From Eledone cirrhosa (lineage: Eukaryota), in NCBI GenBank assembly GCA_964016885.1, contig OZ024747.1, forward strand, positions 32,240,001 to 32,304,000: a stretch of DNA of 64,000 nucleotides, written 5' to 3'. A program made the position numbers and the translations under genes. Every line of letters begins with the position of its first letter. Positions within the stretch are counted from its first letter, which is position 1. Of the stretch, positions 1 to 12,866 are shown in pieces. The notes under the pieces are model-generated. The model was not told the DNA's origin. It saw only the letters and a program-made list of their open reading frames with translations, and ran no database searches.

Positions 1-3000
1 TCAGCTACGGCAGATCAGCCCAGGAACGGGACAAGAAACTGGCCGATCAATCAGCTGCAAAGAATTCTATGCTTATCATTTCATGGTAAGTGATCACTTC
101 AACCAAGCTCTGTGATTCAAAGAAGTAACCAGCCAGTTCATGGTGGACATGTATGCCAAAATTGAAACAGAAAGATTGGGTTTTCTGCGAAGGAATCAAA
201 CTAAGTTGAGGGCAGATAATTACATCCACCTTAGAGATGCCATCAATTCTGATGTTGACCCAAGAAATATTGGCCAGCCAGTCATACTACCATCAAGCTT
301 CACAGGAGGACTACGTTACATGCATGAACGTACACAAGATGCAATGGCCTATGTCAGAAAATTTGGTCGGCCAGATCTCTTCATTACATTTACATGCAAT
401 TCAAACTGGTCAGAAATATCAAATGAATTATTTCAAAATCAAAAACCAAAGGATCGACATGACCTCATTGCTTGGGTTTTCCATGAAAAGCAAAAAACAA
501 CTCATCTGGCTCTTTAAAAGAAGGAAGAATCTTTGGTGAGTTTAGTGCTTGGATGACCACTATTGAGTGGCAGAAGAGAGGTCTTCTTCACTCTCACACA
601 CTAATCAGGTGCAAAGAGAAGATAAGACCAGATGATGTTGATAAGATCATTTCAGCAGAGTTGCCTGATAAAGGTGGTGATCCAGAACTCTTTGAAACCA
701 TCAAGTCCAAACTCATTCATGGTCCATGTGGAGTCATCAATCCAGCCTCTCCCTGCATGAAAGATAAAAAATGTAACAAACATTATCCAAGAGCTTTTAT
801 TCGGGAAACTCGGACTGACAATAATGGGTCCCCCCTTTATCGTAGGCATAGACCAGAACATGGAGGCAATACTGCAAGCCTAACAGTTCGAGGAGAGGAG
901 CTGACCATAAACAATCAGTGGGTGCGTCCCACACAACAAATTGTTGTGTACACTTTTAAAAGTTCATATCAATGTTGAGTATTGCAGCTCCGTCAAGGCA
1001 ATCCTATATGTCACAAAATATATCAACAAGCGCAGTGACATGGCTACCTTTATTACTGAGAAAGAACTCAATGATGGTGGGCTGGATGAGGTCAAACAGT
1101 ATCAAACAGGTCGATACATCTCCAACAATGAAGCTATCTGGCGAATCTTTGGATTTGATATCCACCAATGCCATCCAACAGTGGTCAACCCCACAGTCCA
1201 TCTGGAAAATGGACAGAGAGTGTACTTCACAGATCACTGCTTATCAGCTGGAACAAGCATCACATGACACTACACTAACTGCTTTCTTTAAACTCTGCCA
1301 GAATGATGAATTTTCTCGATCCCTCCTATATGCTGAAGTCCCAACATACTACACCTGGACCTATTGCAAGACCTGGAATCGAAGAAAGCAGGTCATTTAG
1401 TGGAAGGTCATGAAGTCAAGTCAAGTGATGCTATTGGGCGTGTTTACAATGTCCATCCCAACAACCAAGAATGTTTTTATTTACAGCTACTTCTGCATAC
1501 TGTTCGAGGAACAAGGTCATTTGAGGATCTTAGGTGCTTCAGAGGAAGGGAGTGCGCAACATACCAAGAAGCATGTAAACAGTATGGACTCCTACATGAC
1601 AATGGACACTGGAAGAAGTGCCTAGAAGAAGCAGCAATCACTCAAGTAGCCAGTCAAATAAGACAATTATTTGCTATTATGCTCACAGCATGTGGAATTG
1701 ATGAAGCTCATCTACCCTGGTAGGAGTACAAAAACAATATGTCGGACGACTATCTACACCTAGCCTGAAGACATCATGGCAATATGTATATGGAATATAC
1801 CCCCCCCCCCCCTCCAGGATTTACAATCAAGCTCTCTGTGACCTGTCCCATCAAGTTCAGGCAATGAATAGCACATTAGCTAACTGTGGGATGCCAGAGC
1901 CAGATGAAGAAATGGAGGTAGCACAAGACATTTTTCAGGAGACAAACTATGATATTGAAGCATTGCGTAAGTTTGTGGATGAAAATGAACCTCGATTGAT
2001 GGAAATACGCCTACCACAGTATCATCGAAAACATTCAAAATGACAGGGGAGGATTTTTATTCATAGATGCTCCAGCTGGCACAGGCAAGACATTCCTCAT
2101 AAACCTCCTGCTTGCAAAAGTTCGCCAAAAGCAACATATTGCCCTTGCAGTGGCTTCAAGTGGCATCGCAGCAACACTTCTGGATGGAGGAAGAACTGCA
2201 CACTCCATGTTTAAGCTGTCCATAGATCTCACACGGCATGAACAATCTTTTTGCAACATCAAGAAGAACTCACCCAAGGGAAAGCTTCTGCAAACATGCA
2301 AGATGATAATTTGGGATGAAGCTACTATGAGCCATAAAGGAGCAATTGAAGCTTTGGACCGGACAATAAGGGATCTGAGAGAAAATAGTTGCATAATGGG
2401 AGGAGTGACAATTGTTCTTGCTGGTGATTTCAGACAAACTCTGCCTGTAAATCTTCGAGGGACTCGAGCTGATCAGGTCAATGCCTGTCTGTAAACATCC
2501 TATCTCTGGCTGCACTTTCAGCTGCTGAGCCTTACAACCAGCATGTGAGTGCACTTAACTGGTGACGAAGGTGTCAGTGTGTTTGCCATCCAACTACTTA
2601 AATTGGGAAATGGACTTCTTGAAAAGGACTTCAATGACCATATTCAGTTGTCATTTGGCCATATCATTGACAGAGAACAAGAACTGATTGCCAGAGTGTT
2701 TCCAATCATTCAGACCAGACATGTCTCTGTGAACGAGCAATTTTAGCACCTAAAAATGTTGCTGCGAAAGAAATCAACAGAAGGCTACTGGAGATGTTAC
2801 CGGGAGAGAAAATATGTTACAAATCAGTTGACACAATCACTTCTCAAGACCAGGTTGTAAACTCTCCAACTGAATTTTTGAACAGTCCGAACAAGCGGGA
2901 ATTCCTCCATACAATCTGATACTGAAGCTTGGAGCATCGGTTATGCTACTTCGCAATCTGGATCCTCCAAACTTTGTAATGGCACAAGACTCATCATAAA

Positions 3001-3331
3001 AAATATGATGTCCAATGTTCTAGAAGTTGTAATCATGTCAGAAAAATTTGCTGATGACAATTGTTTCATTCCCAGAATACCTCTGAAGCCAACTGATATG
3101 CCATTTGAATTTCAAAGACTTCAATTTCCGATCAGGCTCAGTTTTCCCATGACCATTAATAAATCTCAAGGGAAATCATTGAAAGTCGTTGGGTTGAATC
3201 TGGCAGATCCTGTCTTTTCACATGGTCAATTCTATGTTGGCACAACAAGGGTTGGGAACCCTGATTGTCTTTTCATTGTGGCACCACAGGGAAAAACCAA
3301 GAATGTTGTTTATTCAGATGCTTTGGAATGA
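1..3331 (+). pseudogene. Helitron Rep (HUH endonuclease)/PIF1-family helicase, multiple frameshifts and stops
   Basis: Rep motifs PDLFITFTCN, IEWQKRGLLHSH, YVTKYINK. Helicase motifs DAPAGTGKTF, ASSGIAATLLDGGRTAHS, IIWDEATM, GDFRQTLPV, QFPIRLSFPMTINKSQG, FSHGQFYV, KTKNVVY. Confidence 0.95.
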
Positions 3332-3477
3332 GCAATGTCGTAATTCCTCATTCAATGACAATACACACAGATCCTAATTGCTTAGTCATGTAGTTTGCAA
3401 GGAATTCTGAAGCCGCAAATTTACTGCATGTTTTTACTTTGGGAGAATATGCAGGCATTCCCGGGTACCTCTGCTAT
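1..3477 (+). mobile_element. Helitron (rolling-circle transposon), 3' part, decayed
   Basis: Fragmented RepHel reading frames from the window start to 3331, followed by a terminus-like CCCGGGTACCTCTGCTAT at 3460-3477. Confidence 0.93.
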
Positions 3478-4235
3478 ATAAAGTAGTATAAGTGAGGACT
3501 TTGTTGGGTAGAAATAGCAGCCAAATTACCTTCAAATCCCACCTTACTTTCTCAGGTATGTATATATCTATGAAGCAAAAAGGAATGGTTCTATGCGATA
3601 ACTCGATCTACTAGAAATATTAGCAAAATTCATTTCAAATCACAAACAACTGTCTTACACACATACATGTGTGTGTATGTATCTATGTATGTCATGTGAG
3701 CCACTATAACTGTTGGTATAGCTAATAGAAATAGAAAACAAATCTCCCTCAAACAAGATCCTACTGCCATAGAGGCAAAGATTGGTGAAAGCTACAGTGT
3801 ACAAATTTAAATACACTTTCACCGAATTACAGAAACGAGTAAGTAAATGCTTTATTCAATCATAAACCAATGCTAATTTATTTTCTTATTTTATTTATGG
3901 TTTTTAAAATAGTCTTTACATGTTGTTTGAATTTCAGAGGTTCAGATTGAGCAAAAAGAAAGAAAGAAAAGGATAAATAAAAAAGATCTAAATGTATTTT
4001 TTTGGTCATGCCCTTTTCACTGACAACATAGCTAATGATTCATCTATGAGTAAAGCATTATATATGCTGACTGTAATAGGGAGCAGTATTCAAAAAATCA
4101 CCACTGGAAAAAACTAATATTTTTATCTAGATGATTTACTTTGACCAAAGGGCAAATATTCTGCTATAATTCCTACTTTGGTTAAAATTCAGCACTCATA
4201 TTTGAACAGTCAAACATTTTGTAACTTTCATAAAA

Positions 4236-4256
4236 TACCCGGGTAGCTCAGCTAGT
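4236..4256 (+). other. Helitron-like 3' terminus (short palindrome + CTAG|T)
   Basis: TACCCGGGTA palindrome, then GCTCAG-CTAG-T entering a (TA)n tract; resembles the terminus at 3460-3477. Confidence 0.5.
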
Positions 4257-4364
4257 ATATATATATATTTATATATCTGTATTAATATATATATATATAT
4301 ACATACACACACACACAAACATATAACACATGCAAGCTTGGAAGGAACGAACATAAACACGATG

Positions 4365-4432
4365 ATACTACCCTAAGTATTGAGTACTTTGGTGCGTTAT
4401 GGTCCACCTGGTTCCTTACCACTTTTCCCTCG
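4365..4432 (+). repeat. Terminal fragment of a PLE-associated repeat
   Basis: Reverse complement of 62632-62698 and of 25360-25425 (GAGTACTTTGGTGCGTTATGGTCCACCTGGTTCCTTACCAC); ends in (TA)n. Confidence 0.7.
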
Positions 4433-4453
4433 CTATATATATATATATATATA

Positions 4454-4791
4454 TCATCATTTCATTTTACGTCCGCTTTTCCCTGCTTGCAAAGATGGGA
4501 CGGGAACTGATTTTTGGGTTGATTTCTACAGCTGGATGCCCTTCCTAACACCAACCTCATTTACAGTGAGTGCTGGGTGCTTTTTTGCCGTGGCACCTCC
4601 ATGACCACTTTGCAGTGGAATGATATGGACCCCTGTCCCTATCATCTCATTTCTACAGCTGAGTAAACTGGAGCAATGTGAAATAAAGTGTCTTGCTCAA
4701 GGAAACAACACATCACCCGGTCTGAGAATTGAACTCACAACCTTTCGATTGCAAGGCCAATTCTCTAATCTAACCACTAAGCCATGTGTCT

Positions 4792-4793
<2 letters not shown>
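4454..4793 (-). mobile_element. tRNA-derived SINE with RTE-like 3' tail
   Basis: Minus-strand head has A box TGGCTTAGTGG and B box GAGTTCAATTC, a central CCTTGAGCAAGACACTT core, and a tail shared with RTE 3' ends (TAGGAAGGGCATCCAGCTGTAGAAA ... GGACGTAAAATGA). Confidence 0.8.
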
Positions 4794-4826
<33 letters not shown>

Positions 4827-4829
<3 letters not shown>

Positions 4830-5154
4830 CCCCCCCCCCCATCCACACCGCCCCTTTCAATGTAAAGTTATGTTGGTGCCACAACATCCAGGCCGAAACA
4901 AATGAGATCGTGTAGGTGTCACGACAAAAAAAAAACACACAGTCCACGCTGTAATGTGGCCGTGTAGGCAACACGGTAAAAACCTGCCAGCCCCACACTG
5001 TAAATGTGGTTGGTGTTAGGAAGGGCATCCAGCTGTAAAAACCCGCCAGACAGTCCTATGCGAGCAAGATAATCACTCTTGCCTGAAGTGGGAAAACCCC
5101 CGTCCAAACCCATGCAAGCGTGGAACACGGACGTTAAACGATGATGATGATGAT
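4827..5154 (+). mobile_element. 5'-truncated RTE LINE 3' end with (GAT)n tail
   Basis: Near-identical to 10690-11020, the 3' end of the RTE element; ends in GAT repeats. Confidence 0.8.
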
Positions 5155-6150
5155 TTGGGCTGCAGTCATGTCCGGGATCACTGTGTATAATTCACTGTCG
5201 CTAAGGTGTTCGAAGGCTAGATTATTGTATGTGGCTTGAGAGATGACGCAGAACTCTTTACCTTTGTCGGATGGTAAGTAAATAAGTTCCTTATTCCGTA
5301 GGTTCTTCAGGGCGAGTTGTTGTGTCCTGGAGAGGTTTGGGGCCATCTTCTTCTGTTTCCGTAAGATGTTAAATACGGAATGTTTTAGTCTCGAGAGTTT
5401 TTCTTCCAGCTCGCGGTTGGCGGGCGGTGGATAGAGTGGGCGATCTAGTTGGTATATCGGGAATCTGGGTATGGTGGATTCCGTGGTGTTGTTGTTGGTA
5501 GGCAGCCCGACAGAAATTCGTTTCTATGTCGAGCCATAGTCTGTCGTCCAGTCTCTGTTTCAATATGAACTTGGGACCCAGGCTGAGGAGGTCTAATTCC
5601 TCTCGGGAGAGGGATCCTGTCAAGTCTGTGACGAGGTGTTTTGCGTCAGGTGTGTTGTTGGTCGGGGTGCCGCTAGGTTCGGTGTTGGTAACGTATTGTT
5701 CGCCTCTGTTGGTGTTTAGCGTTGGGATGTTGTTAAGACAGTTGGCCGTCCTGAGTTTGAGACATTTTTGCGTTAGACGTATTTTCTCGTAGTCTCGGCG
5801 GTGGTGGTATGACCTGTCTATAGTGGCGGAGATGACCCTGGACAGAGGTTCTGGGGTTTCAGCGAGTTGTGGTACAAGGCTGGAAATAGTCCGTATGTGA
5901 TGTTGTAGCGTGCGGTGTAGGTGTTGTATGAGTTTTCTTAGGCAGAATTTTTCTATGTAACTGAGTGATCGTTTGAGGCCTGGTGATTTGAAGCATGTTG
6001 GTAGGTGTAAATTTTTGATGGTTTTGGGGATGATGTTGTTATTCAGGCATCGTTTTAGGAAGTTTATTTGGCAGCCGGCTTTGGCGCGCTTTTCAGATAG
6101 CTGGAAGAGTTTCTTTACAGTTGTGAACTGGGCCTGGCTCAACAATCAGC
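5155..6150 (-). pseudogene. Penelope-like element N-terminal ORF fragment (upstream of RT)
   Basis: ORFs 5369-6145 and 5134-5346 contain INFLKRCLNNNIIPK, LSREELDLLSLGPKF and NLSRTQQLALKNLRNKELIYLPSDKGKEFCVI (DKG motif typical of the PLE pre-RT region). Confidence 0.8.
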
Positions 6151-6171
6151 AACAACCATCCAGCCACTAGT

Positions 6172-6537
6172 GAACGATATGTGGGTATGACGCAAGACAA
6201 ATTCAAAACGCGTTATTACTCACATGTCGCATCCTTTCGACATCCAGAAAAAAGATTTACAACAGCTCTGGCTAGCAGAATTTGGGATTTGAAAGACCAA
6301 GGCATCCAATATAAATTAGATTGGTCAATTTTGAACCAATCTAAAGAATATGCTAGAGGAACAAGAAAATGCACGCTCTGCATAAATGAAAAATATTGGA
6401 TATTGCAAAATCTAAAATCACCAAAGACCTGCCTGAACACAAAGACGGAAATTTTCACCAGTTGCCCACACATGAGATCACACCTGCTTTCCAGCTCATA
6501 TAAACTTAACACACTTTCAGACACTTATCCTCCATAA
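6172..6537 (+). pseudogene. PLE GIY-YIG endonuclease C-terminal fragment
   Basis: YVGMTQDKFKTRYYSH ... TALASRIWDLK ... CTLCINEK ... LNTKTEIFTSCPH. Confidence 0.85.
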
Positions 6538-6948
6538 ACTCTTATTATTCTCTTTTTAATTACCCTTTCTGACTTACTTTCATTTTTACCCTTGTCATTA
6601 ATTTCATTTATTTTTATTTTTATTTTTTTATTTTTATTTTTACTTCACATCCACCAATAATCCCCCCCCCTTTATTCTCCGATTCACTTTCCATTTTTTA
6701 CTTCCCCTTTTTTTACTTCCGTTTTTCCTTCACTAACTGATTATACTGTCGTTTGTGTTTTCCAAGCCAGATATATTTTTTATTTTTATTTTTATTTTTT
6801 TATTTTTGCGCAGCCAATCTTACAATTTTATATTTGTACTTACTTATCCACATTTTTTTTACACCCTGTATCAATATGGCTGAACGCCTTAATGTGTGTA
6901 TACTTTCTATATATGTACATGAGCGACTACGTATGTGCGCGCGCGTGC

Positions 6949-7024
<76 letters not shown>

Positions 7025-7776
7025 GTGTATATATATATATGTGTGTGTGTATGTATATGTGTATGCGTATGTGTGTGTCTTTATATCCGTGTTTTGACAT
7101 CTAGGTTTTATGTTTTGTTCCTTTTTTCTTCTCCCCCCCCTTTTTTTACTTACTCATTTTTATGCGTGTGCATGCAAACAGGTCAATATGCGTGAGTGTA
7201 AGTATGTATGTGTGTGTGTACGTATCGAACGTATGGATGTGTAAGTGTGCGTGTGTATATAAGCATGTATATTTTTGCGTTTCTTTTGTGAGATATGCGT
7301 GTCTGTGTATGTATGTACCCTTTTTTGTCTTCTTTTCTTTAATTTTTTCTTTCTAAATTTTTTCTTTCTAAATTATTGTTCCATTTTTATAAATATATCG
7401 AGATTGATACTTTCCTTTAATTATCACACTCCCTTACCTCTTTTACTTCTGCATCTAAGTGTACGTGTGTGTAGGTGTGTTTATGCGCGCGCCTTCATAT
7501 TCATATTCTTATGATGTATCTATTCTGTCTGTAGATTACAGACATACAGATACATTTGCCCTAAATTTTATATTTACGCACACTTTTTCACTATACGTAT
7601 ACATATGTGCATACACATATATGCACATCTGTGAGCGTATATACATACATATACACACACCTAACTATATTTCTTGAAAGATTATTATATATTTCATATT
7701 CTAATTCATTTGTCTATATATTTTTTTTTGATTTTCTTGACGAGACTTTCCGAGTATTTACCCATGTTTTATATTG

Positions 7777-7846
7777 CCTCGTCTGACGAACGAATGAAGA
7801 CGCTTCTTTCGTATTCGCCTCATTCGGGAAACCTCTGGTAATGAGG
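7777..7846 (+). ncRNA. Type I hammerhead ribozyme motif at PLE 3' end
   Basis: CCTCGT-CTGACGA-A(CGAATGA...TCATTCG)G-GAA-ACC TCT GGT-A-ATGAGG; A.G at 10.1-11.1. Confidence 0.65.
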
Positions 7847-7892
7847 TAATTATATTGTATTGATTTTTATACATTATATATATATATATATA

Positions 7893-8329
7893 TAAGTATG
7901 TACACGTACATACATATATGTATACAGACGTACAGTAGTATGTATATTTATATACATACATGCACACATATATATATGTACGTATGGATTCACCGAACAT
8001 TTATTATAATGCTCGGTGTGTTTGTAAACAAACATCCCGTATTAAGCCGTAGTGTCTAGCAACCATCGTTGCTCGTTTGTTCAACACTGACAAAGGAACG
8101 CTGTACTAGTTTCAAGCTTATTAGCTATCGTCAGCAACGTATACCTTCCTGCCAGATTGTTGAACGTATATACTTACCTTATGCATATTAACGGCTGAGT
8201 AGCCCAATTTGCATATCGAGTAGGTTAATCGGCCGGGTACACCGAAAACGATAAACGATAAATGTTATACTTATATTTAAGTAACAGACGTACTAAGAGT
8301 GGGAAATGAAATTTTGTTTCATTTTTTCC

Positions 8330-8335
<6 letters not shown>
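7893..8335 (-). mobile_element. Partial copy of the ~435-bp HHR-bearing repeat family, with a short inverted piece
   Basis: Matches 21805-22170; 8265-8335 is the family start in inverted orientation; flanked by (TA)n. Confidence 0.8.
8099..8139 (-). ncRNA. Minimal type I hammerhead ribozyme
   Basis: CGTTG-CTGACGA-T AGCT AATA AGCT T-GAA-ACTAGT-A-CAGCG on the minus strand. Confidence 0.75.
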
Positions 8336-8371
<36 letters not shown>

Positions 8372-8377
<6 letters not shown>

Positions 8378-10580
8378 AAATATGGAAACTAAAGGACCCC
8401 ACAGCCAGAAATAAATTTAAAAGCATACTGCTTGATGCTTTCGACAGTAAGGAAGAGCAATTAGAGTCGTACAATATAGAGGAGCAGTGGGAATTCCTGA
8501 AAGCAAACCTGCTGATGGCGGCAGACGAAGTCTGTGGCTGGAGCAGGCCTGTAGGCAGGAGGAGAGTAACATGGTGGTGGAACAGTAAGGTGGAGGGGTC
8601 AATTAAGGCCAAAAAGCAGGCTTGGAAAGTATGGCGGGATGGGGGAAGTAGAGAAGACTATCAAGTGGCCAGGAGGGAAGCTAGGAGACAAGTGTACTTC
8701 GCAAGAAGGGAAGCAGAGGAAAGAAAGTTCAAGCATGTTCTACAACGCGAGGACCAAAAACGTGAGGTGTTCAGGATTGCTAGGCAATGTGTCAAGGAAA
8801 ACCGTGATATTGTCGGGGAGAAGTGTGTACTTAATGATGACGGCGTACTTGCCATCACCGACGCTGATAAGAAGGTAGCTTGGAAGTGTCACTAAATGAG
8901 TGCTACTAAATGAGGAGAATAAATGGGAGAAAGACAGTCTCCCCCACATCGACCCAATAGAGGGACCAGCAGTGTTAGTCGAGGGTAGTATAATAAGTAA
9001 GGCAATCAAGGATATGAAGACGGGTAAGGCAGCTGGGCCTTCGGAAATAGTTGCGGAGATGCTGAAGGCATCTGGCACGGTGGGACACACCATGGTCACC
9101 CGGATAGTTAACCAAGTCGTACAGAATGGGGTTGTTCCGAAGGACTGGCGTAGCATCATCATTGTTAATTGGGTAAAAGAGATGCCCTAGATAGGAGTAA
9201 CTATAGAGGCATTAAATTAATCGACCAGGTCATGAAGGTCACGGAAAAAGTAATAGCGCAACTAATCAGAGAGAGAATTGACCTCGATGAAATGCAGTTC
9301 GGGTTTGTGTCAGGCAAAAGTACCACAGACGCTCTTTTCATTGTACAACAACTACAGGAGAAGTACCTAGCTAAAAGTAAACCCCTCACTTAGCTTTTGT
9401 CGACTTGGAGAAAGCCTTCGACAGAGTCCCCCGTTCCATTATCTGGTGGGCTCTTAGAAAACTAGGTGTTGACGAATGGCTTGTGAGAGCTATACAAGCC
9501 ATGTATAAAGAAACAGTCAGCAAGGTTAGAATTAACAACGAATATAGTGAAGAGTTTAGCGTAAAAGTTGGTGTTCATCAGGGCTCTGTTCTTAGCTCCT
9601 TATTATTTATTATTGCCCTTCAGGCTATAACAGAGGAGTTCAAGACCGGCTGCCCATGGGAACTCCTATACGCAGACGACCTAACACTCATAGCTGAATC
9701 AATGGCCGAGCTAGAGAAGAAATTCCAAACATGGAGGCACGGCCTAGAATCAAAAGGCCTTAAAATTAACCTGGCTAAGACCAAAGTTCTAGTTTGTAGG
9801 AAAGAAAATAAGGCGGCGGTCCCTTCCGGGAAGTGGCCATGCTCAGTGTGTAGGAAAGGCGTAGGTAGAAACTCCATTTTGTGTCCCAAATGCAAAGTAT
9901 GGGTGCATAAAAGATGTAGTGGGATCACAGGTAAGCTAACTAAGAACATAGATTTTACATGTGGCCGGTGCTCTGGTGCAATAAGTAGCAGCAAGTGCCC
10001 ACAAAATACTAGCTCTTTCAACTGCGCAGAGGGCTCTATAGAAATAGTGGACAGCTTCCGTTAGCTGGGTGACAAAATCAGCAGTGGGGGAGGGTGCTCA
10101 GAAAGTACAGTAGCTAGAGTCAGAACTGGATGGAAAAAGTTCAGAGAGCTTATACCACTATTAGCCGCTAAAGGGTTCTCCCTAAAAATGAAAGGCAGGT
10201 TGTATGATGCCTGCATACGAACAGCAATGTTGCATGGCAGTGAGACCTGGGCATTGTGTGCAGAGGATATATGCAGACTAGAGAGGAACGAAGCTTGCAT
10301 GCTCCGCTGGATGTGTAATAGTAATATACGTGAACGGCAAAGCATAAACGAACTAAGGAAAAAATTAGAAATAAGAGGGATCAGATGTTGTTTACTCGAG
10401 AGAAGGCTACGTTGGTATGGACACGTGATGCGCATGAAAGTTGATAGCTGTATAGCAAAGTGCAGGGCAATAAAGATAGACGGTAGCCACGGAATAGGCA
10501 GACCCAGAAAAACCTGGGACGAGCTGATAAACTCCGACCTCACACACTTACACCTCTCCAAGACAATGTCACTGGACTGA
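8372..10580 (+). pseudogene. RTE reverse transcriptase (frameshifted) with an embedded Cys/His finger
   Basis: TWWWN, GKAAGPSEI, NYRGIKL, QFGF, EKAFDRVPR, GVHQGSVLS, LLYADDL, CSVC..CPKC..VHKRC..CGRC, LHGSETW, RLRWYGHVMR, GRPRKTW. Confidence 0.93.
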
Positions 10581-11020
10581 GACCTTTGGCGGTACTCAGT
10601 AATAGAGAAGACCCGCCTTACCTAAATACATAGTAAATCCTTCTACAGTCAGTAGGCATCTCTAACAAAATACACCCCGTCCCACCACCCCCACCCCATC
10701 CACACCGTCCCCTTCTATGTAAAGTTATGTTGGTGTCCCACCATCCAGGCCGAAACAAATGAGATCGTGTAGGTGTCACGACAAAAAAACACACAGTCCA
10801 CGTTGTAATGTGGCCGTGTAGGCAACACGGTAAAAACCTCCCAGACCCACACTGTAAATGTGGTTGGTGTTAGGAAGGGCATCCAACTGTAGAAAACCTG
10901 CCACACAGTCCTATGCGAGCAAGACAATCACTCTTGCCTCAAGTGGGAAAACCCCCGTCCAAACCCATGCAAGCGTGGAACACGGACATTAAACGCTGAT
11001 GATGATGATGATGATGATGA
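8372..11020 (+). mobile_element. 5'-truncated RTE-clade LINE with (GAT)n tail
   Basis: RT fragments 8372-10580 followed by a 3' UTR ending in (GAT)n; inserted in (TA)n. Confidence 0.92.
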
Positions 11021-11232
11021 TATATATATATATGAAATACACGGTAAACTGGTGGATACCTTCCTGGGTACTCAGAGTCTTTCAAAGCAAGATCAAGTTG
11101 CTTTGAGAAAATCCAAGCACCTATGAAATTATACACCAGTTTGTCATGTATTTTTTATACATGATGACATATTGAGGTTTCTTTCTTTAGTGATTACAAT
11201 CATACATTTAGACAACTATACAGACACATACA

Positions 11233-11264
<32 letters not shown>

Positions 11265-12664
11265 AACACACACACATATATATATATATATACATTCACA
11301 TATATATATACACACACACATATATATACACACACATATATATATACACACACATATATATATATATATATTATATGTACACTTATATACATATGTGTGT
11401 GTGCCTGTATAAGACTCATATCTGACATTCTAATCTATTGATATTTCGTCATGTGCATATCCAACCATATTAATGTATTACCATGCTACCATATATAAAG
11501 ATACACTGAAATAAAACCACAGTTGAAGAGAATGTCTTCACTCAAATCAAATCCATATTCTGTTTAATGCTCTATTTAGCATGGAACCTTAACTCATGGA
11601 ATAGTAGTCAGATGTATATGCTATACACACACATACAGAGAGACACACACATAAACATACAAACACATAGACAGACACACAGACACGTCACACCGACAGA
11701 CAGGCAAGCAGAGAGAAACACACATAGACAGACAGATTGACAGACACATACATACATACATACATACATACACAGACACACAGGCAGAAACACAAATACA
11801 CATACAGAGACAGGGGCACACATAAACATGTATGATGGTTATCCATTCATATCTGGTAAAAACCAGTGACTATTAAAAAACTGGGTTTTCAACAGTGGAG
11901 TTTTAGGCCTGTCAGACTGCTGCATGTCCTTTGACAGACCTTACAAACAATGCTGCATAAGTCTACGTTAGTATGCAGAAGTGTAATCTGATGTATAGAA
12001 CTGCATATATTTCATCCATTGATAGATTTGAAAACCTTCCCACATTTACTGTATGTTAAACAATCTATTATTATGAACATAAGTCAACTTCTGACTTTGG
12101 TAGAATAGTGAAACCAGCCCTGAAAAGATATATAGGATCAGAAATACACTCACAGATCAGAATTACCCCCCCCCCCTACACAAATTGTTCATATTTAAGC
12201 ACTTTGCTTAAATTCAGCAAGAAAAATGCATACTTTTTTACAAAACATCAGCACCATGTATTTCCCATTTTCTCCATTGCTAGGGATAAAAAGATTTCTT
12301 TCCCAGTTGACCTCACATCCTCATCTTCATTATCATTGTCACCAGCAACATTTTAACATTCACTTTTCTATGCTGGCATATGTTTGGACAGTATGTTTTG
12401 TAACAAAGTTTCACATCCAGATGCCCTTCCTGGTGTCAACCCTGTCACTCGCCTCTTACAAAATACAAGGACACAGCATAGTGTACCTGTTCTAAAAACT
12501 GAGTTATTTAAATATGTTCAATATTTCCTAACAGAACTTCACACAGTCCTTAAACCACAGCCTTGGTTTTCATTATAGGCCCAGTCATGATCAGAGTTAG
12601 ACCTTATAGGGCCCAGGGAGGTTCAGGTTTGGTGGGTCCCTCATATAACAACACACACACACAC

Positions 12665-12866
12665 AGTAGAAGGAAGATGCAGTAGAAGTAGACCGCGAAA
12701 AACATGGGGGGAGGTGGTAAGAGCAGACCTCAGATCACTGAAACTCACGGAGGAGATGACGAAGGACCGTGACAAGTGGAGGGATGCTGTGCTGAATAGG
12801 ACCCTTCCAACCCTTGTAAGCAGGGAAAAGCAGACGTAAAATGATGATGATGATGATGATGATGAT
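12665..12866 (+). mobile_element. RTE LINE 3' fragment with (GAT)n tail
   Basis: Encodes VEGRCSRSRPRKTWGEVVRADL...DRDKWRDAV, then GACGTAAAA(TGA)n. Confidence 0.8.

Noticed and set aside
3770-3995. Two possible host exons (GTAAGT donor near 3839, TTTCAG acceptor near 3937)
   Set aside because: No splice phase gives a continuous open frame across both.
4710-4793. tRNA gene calls for SINE heads and for the PBS at 49519
   Set aside because: Only A/B boxes or a 3' complement are present; no full cloverleaf.
6753-7677. Many ORFs reading YIYIYI, VCVCVC or HTHT here and throughout the window
   Set aside because: Translations of (TA)n and (TG)n microsatellites; not genes.
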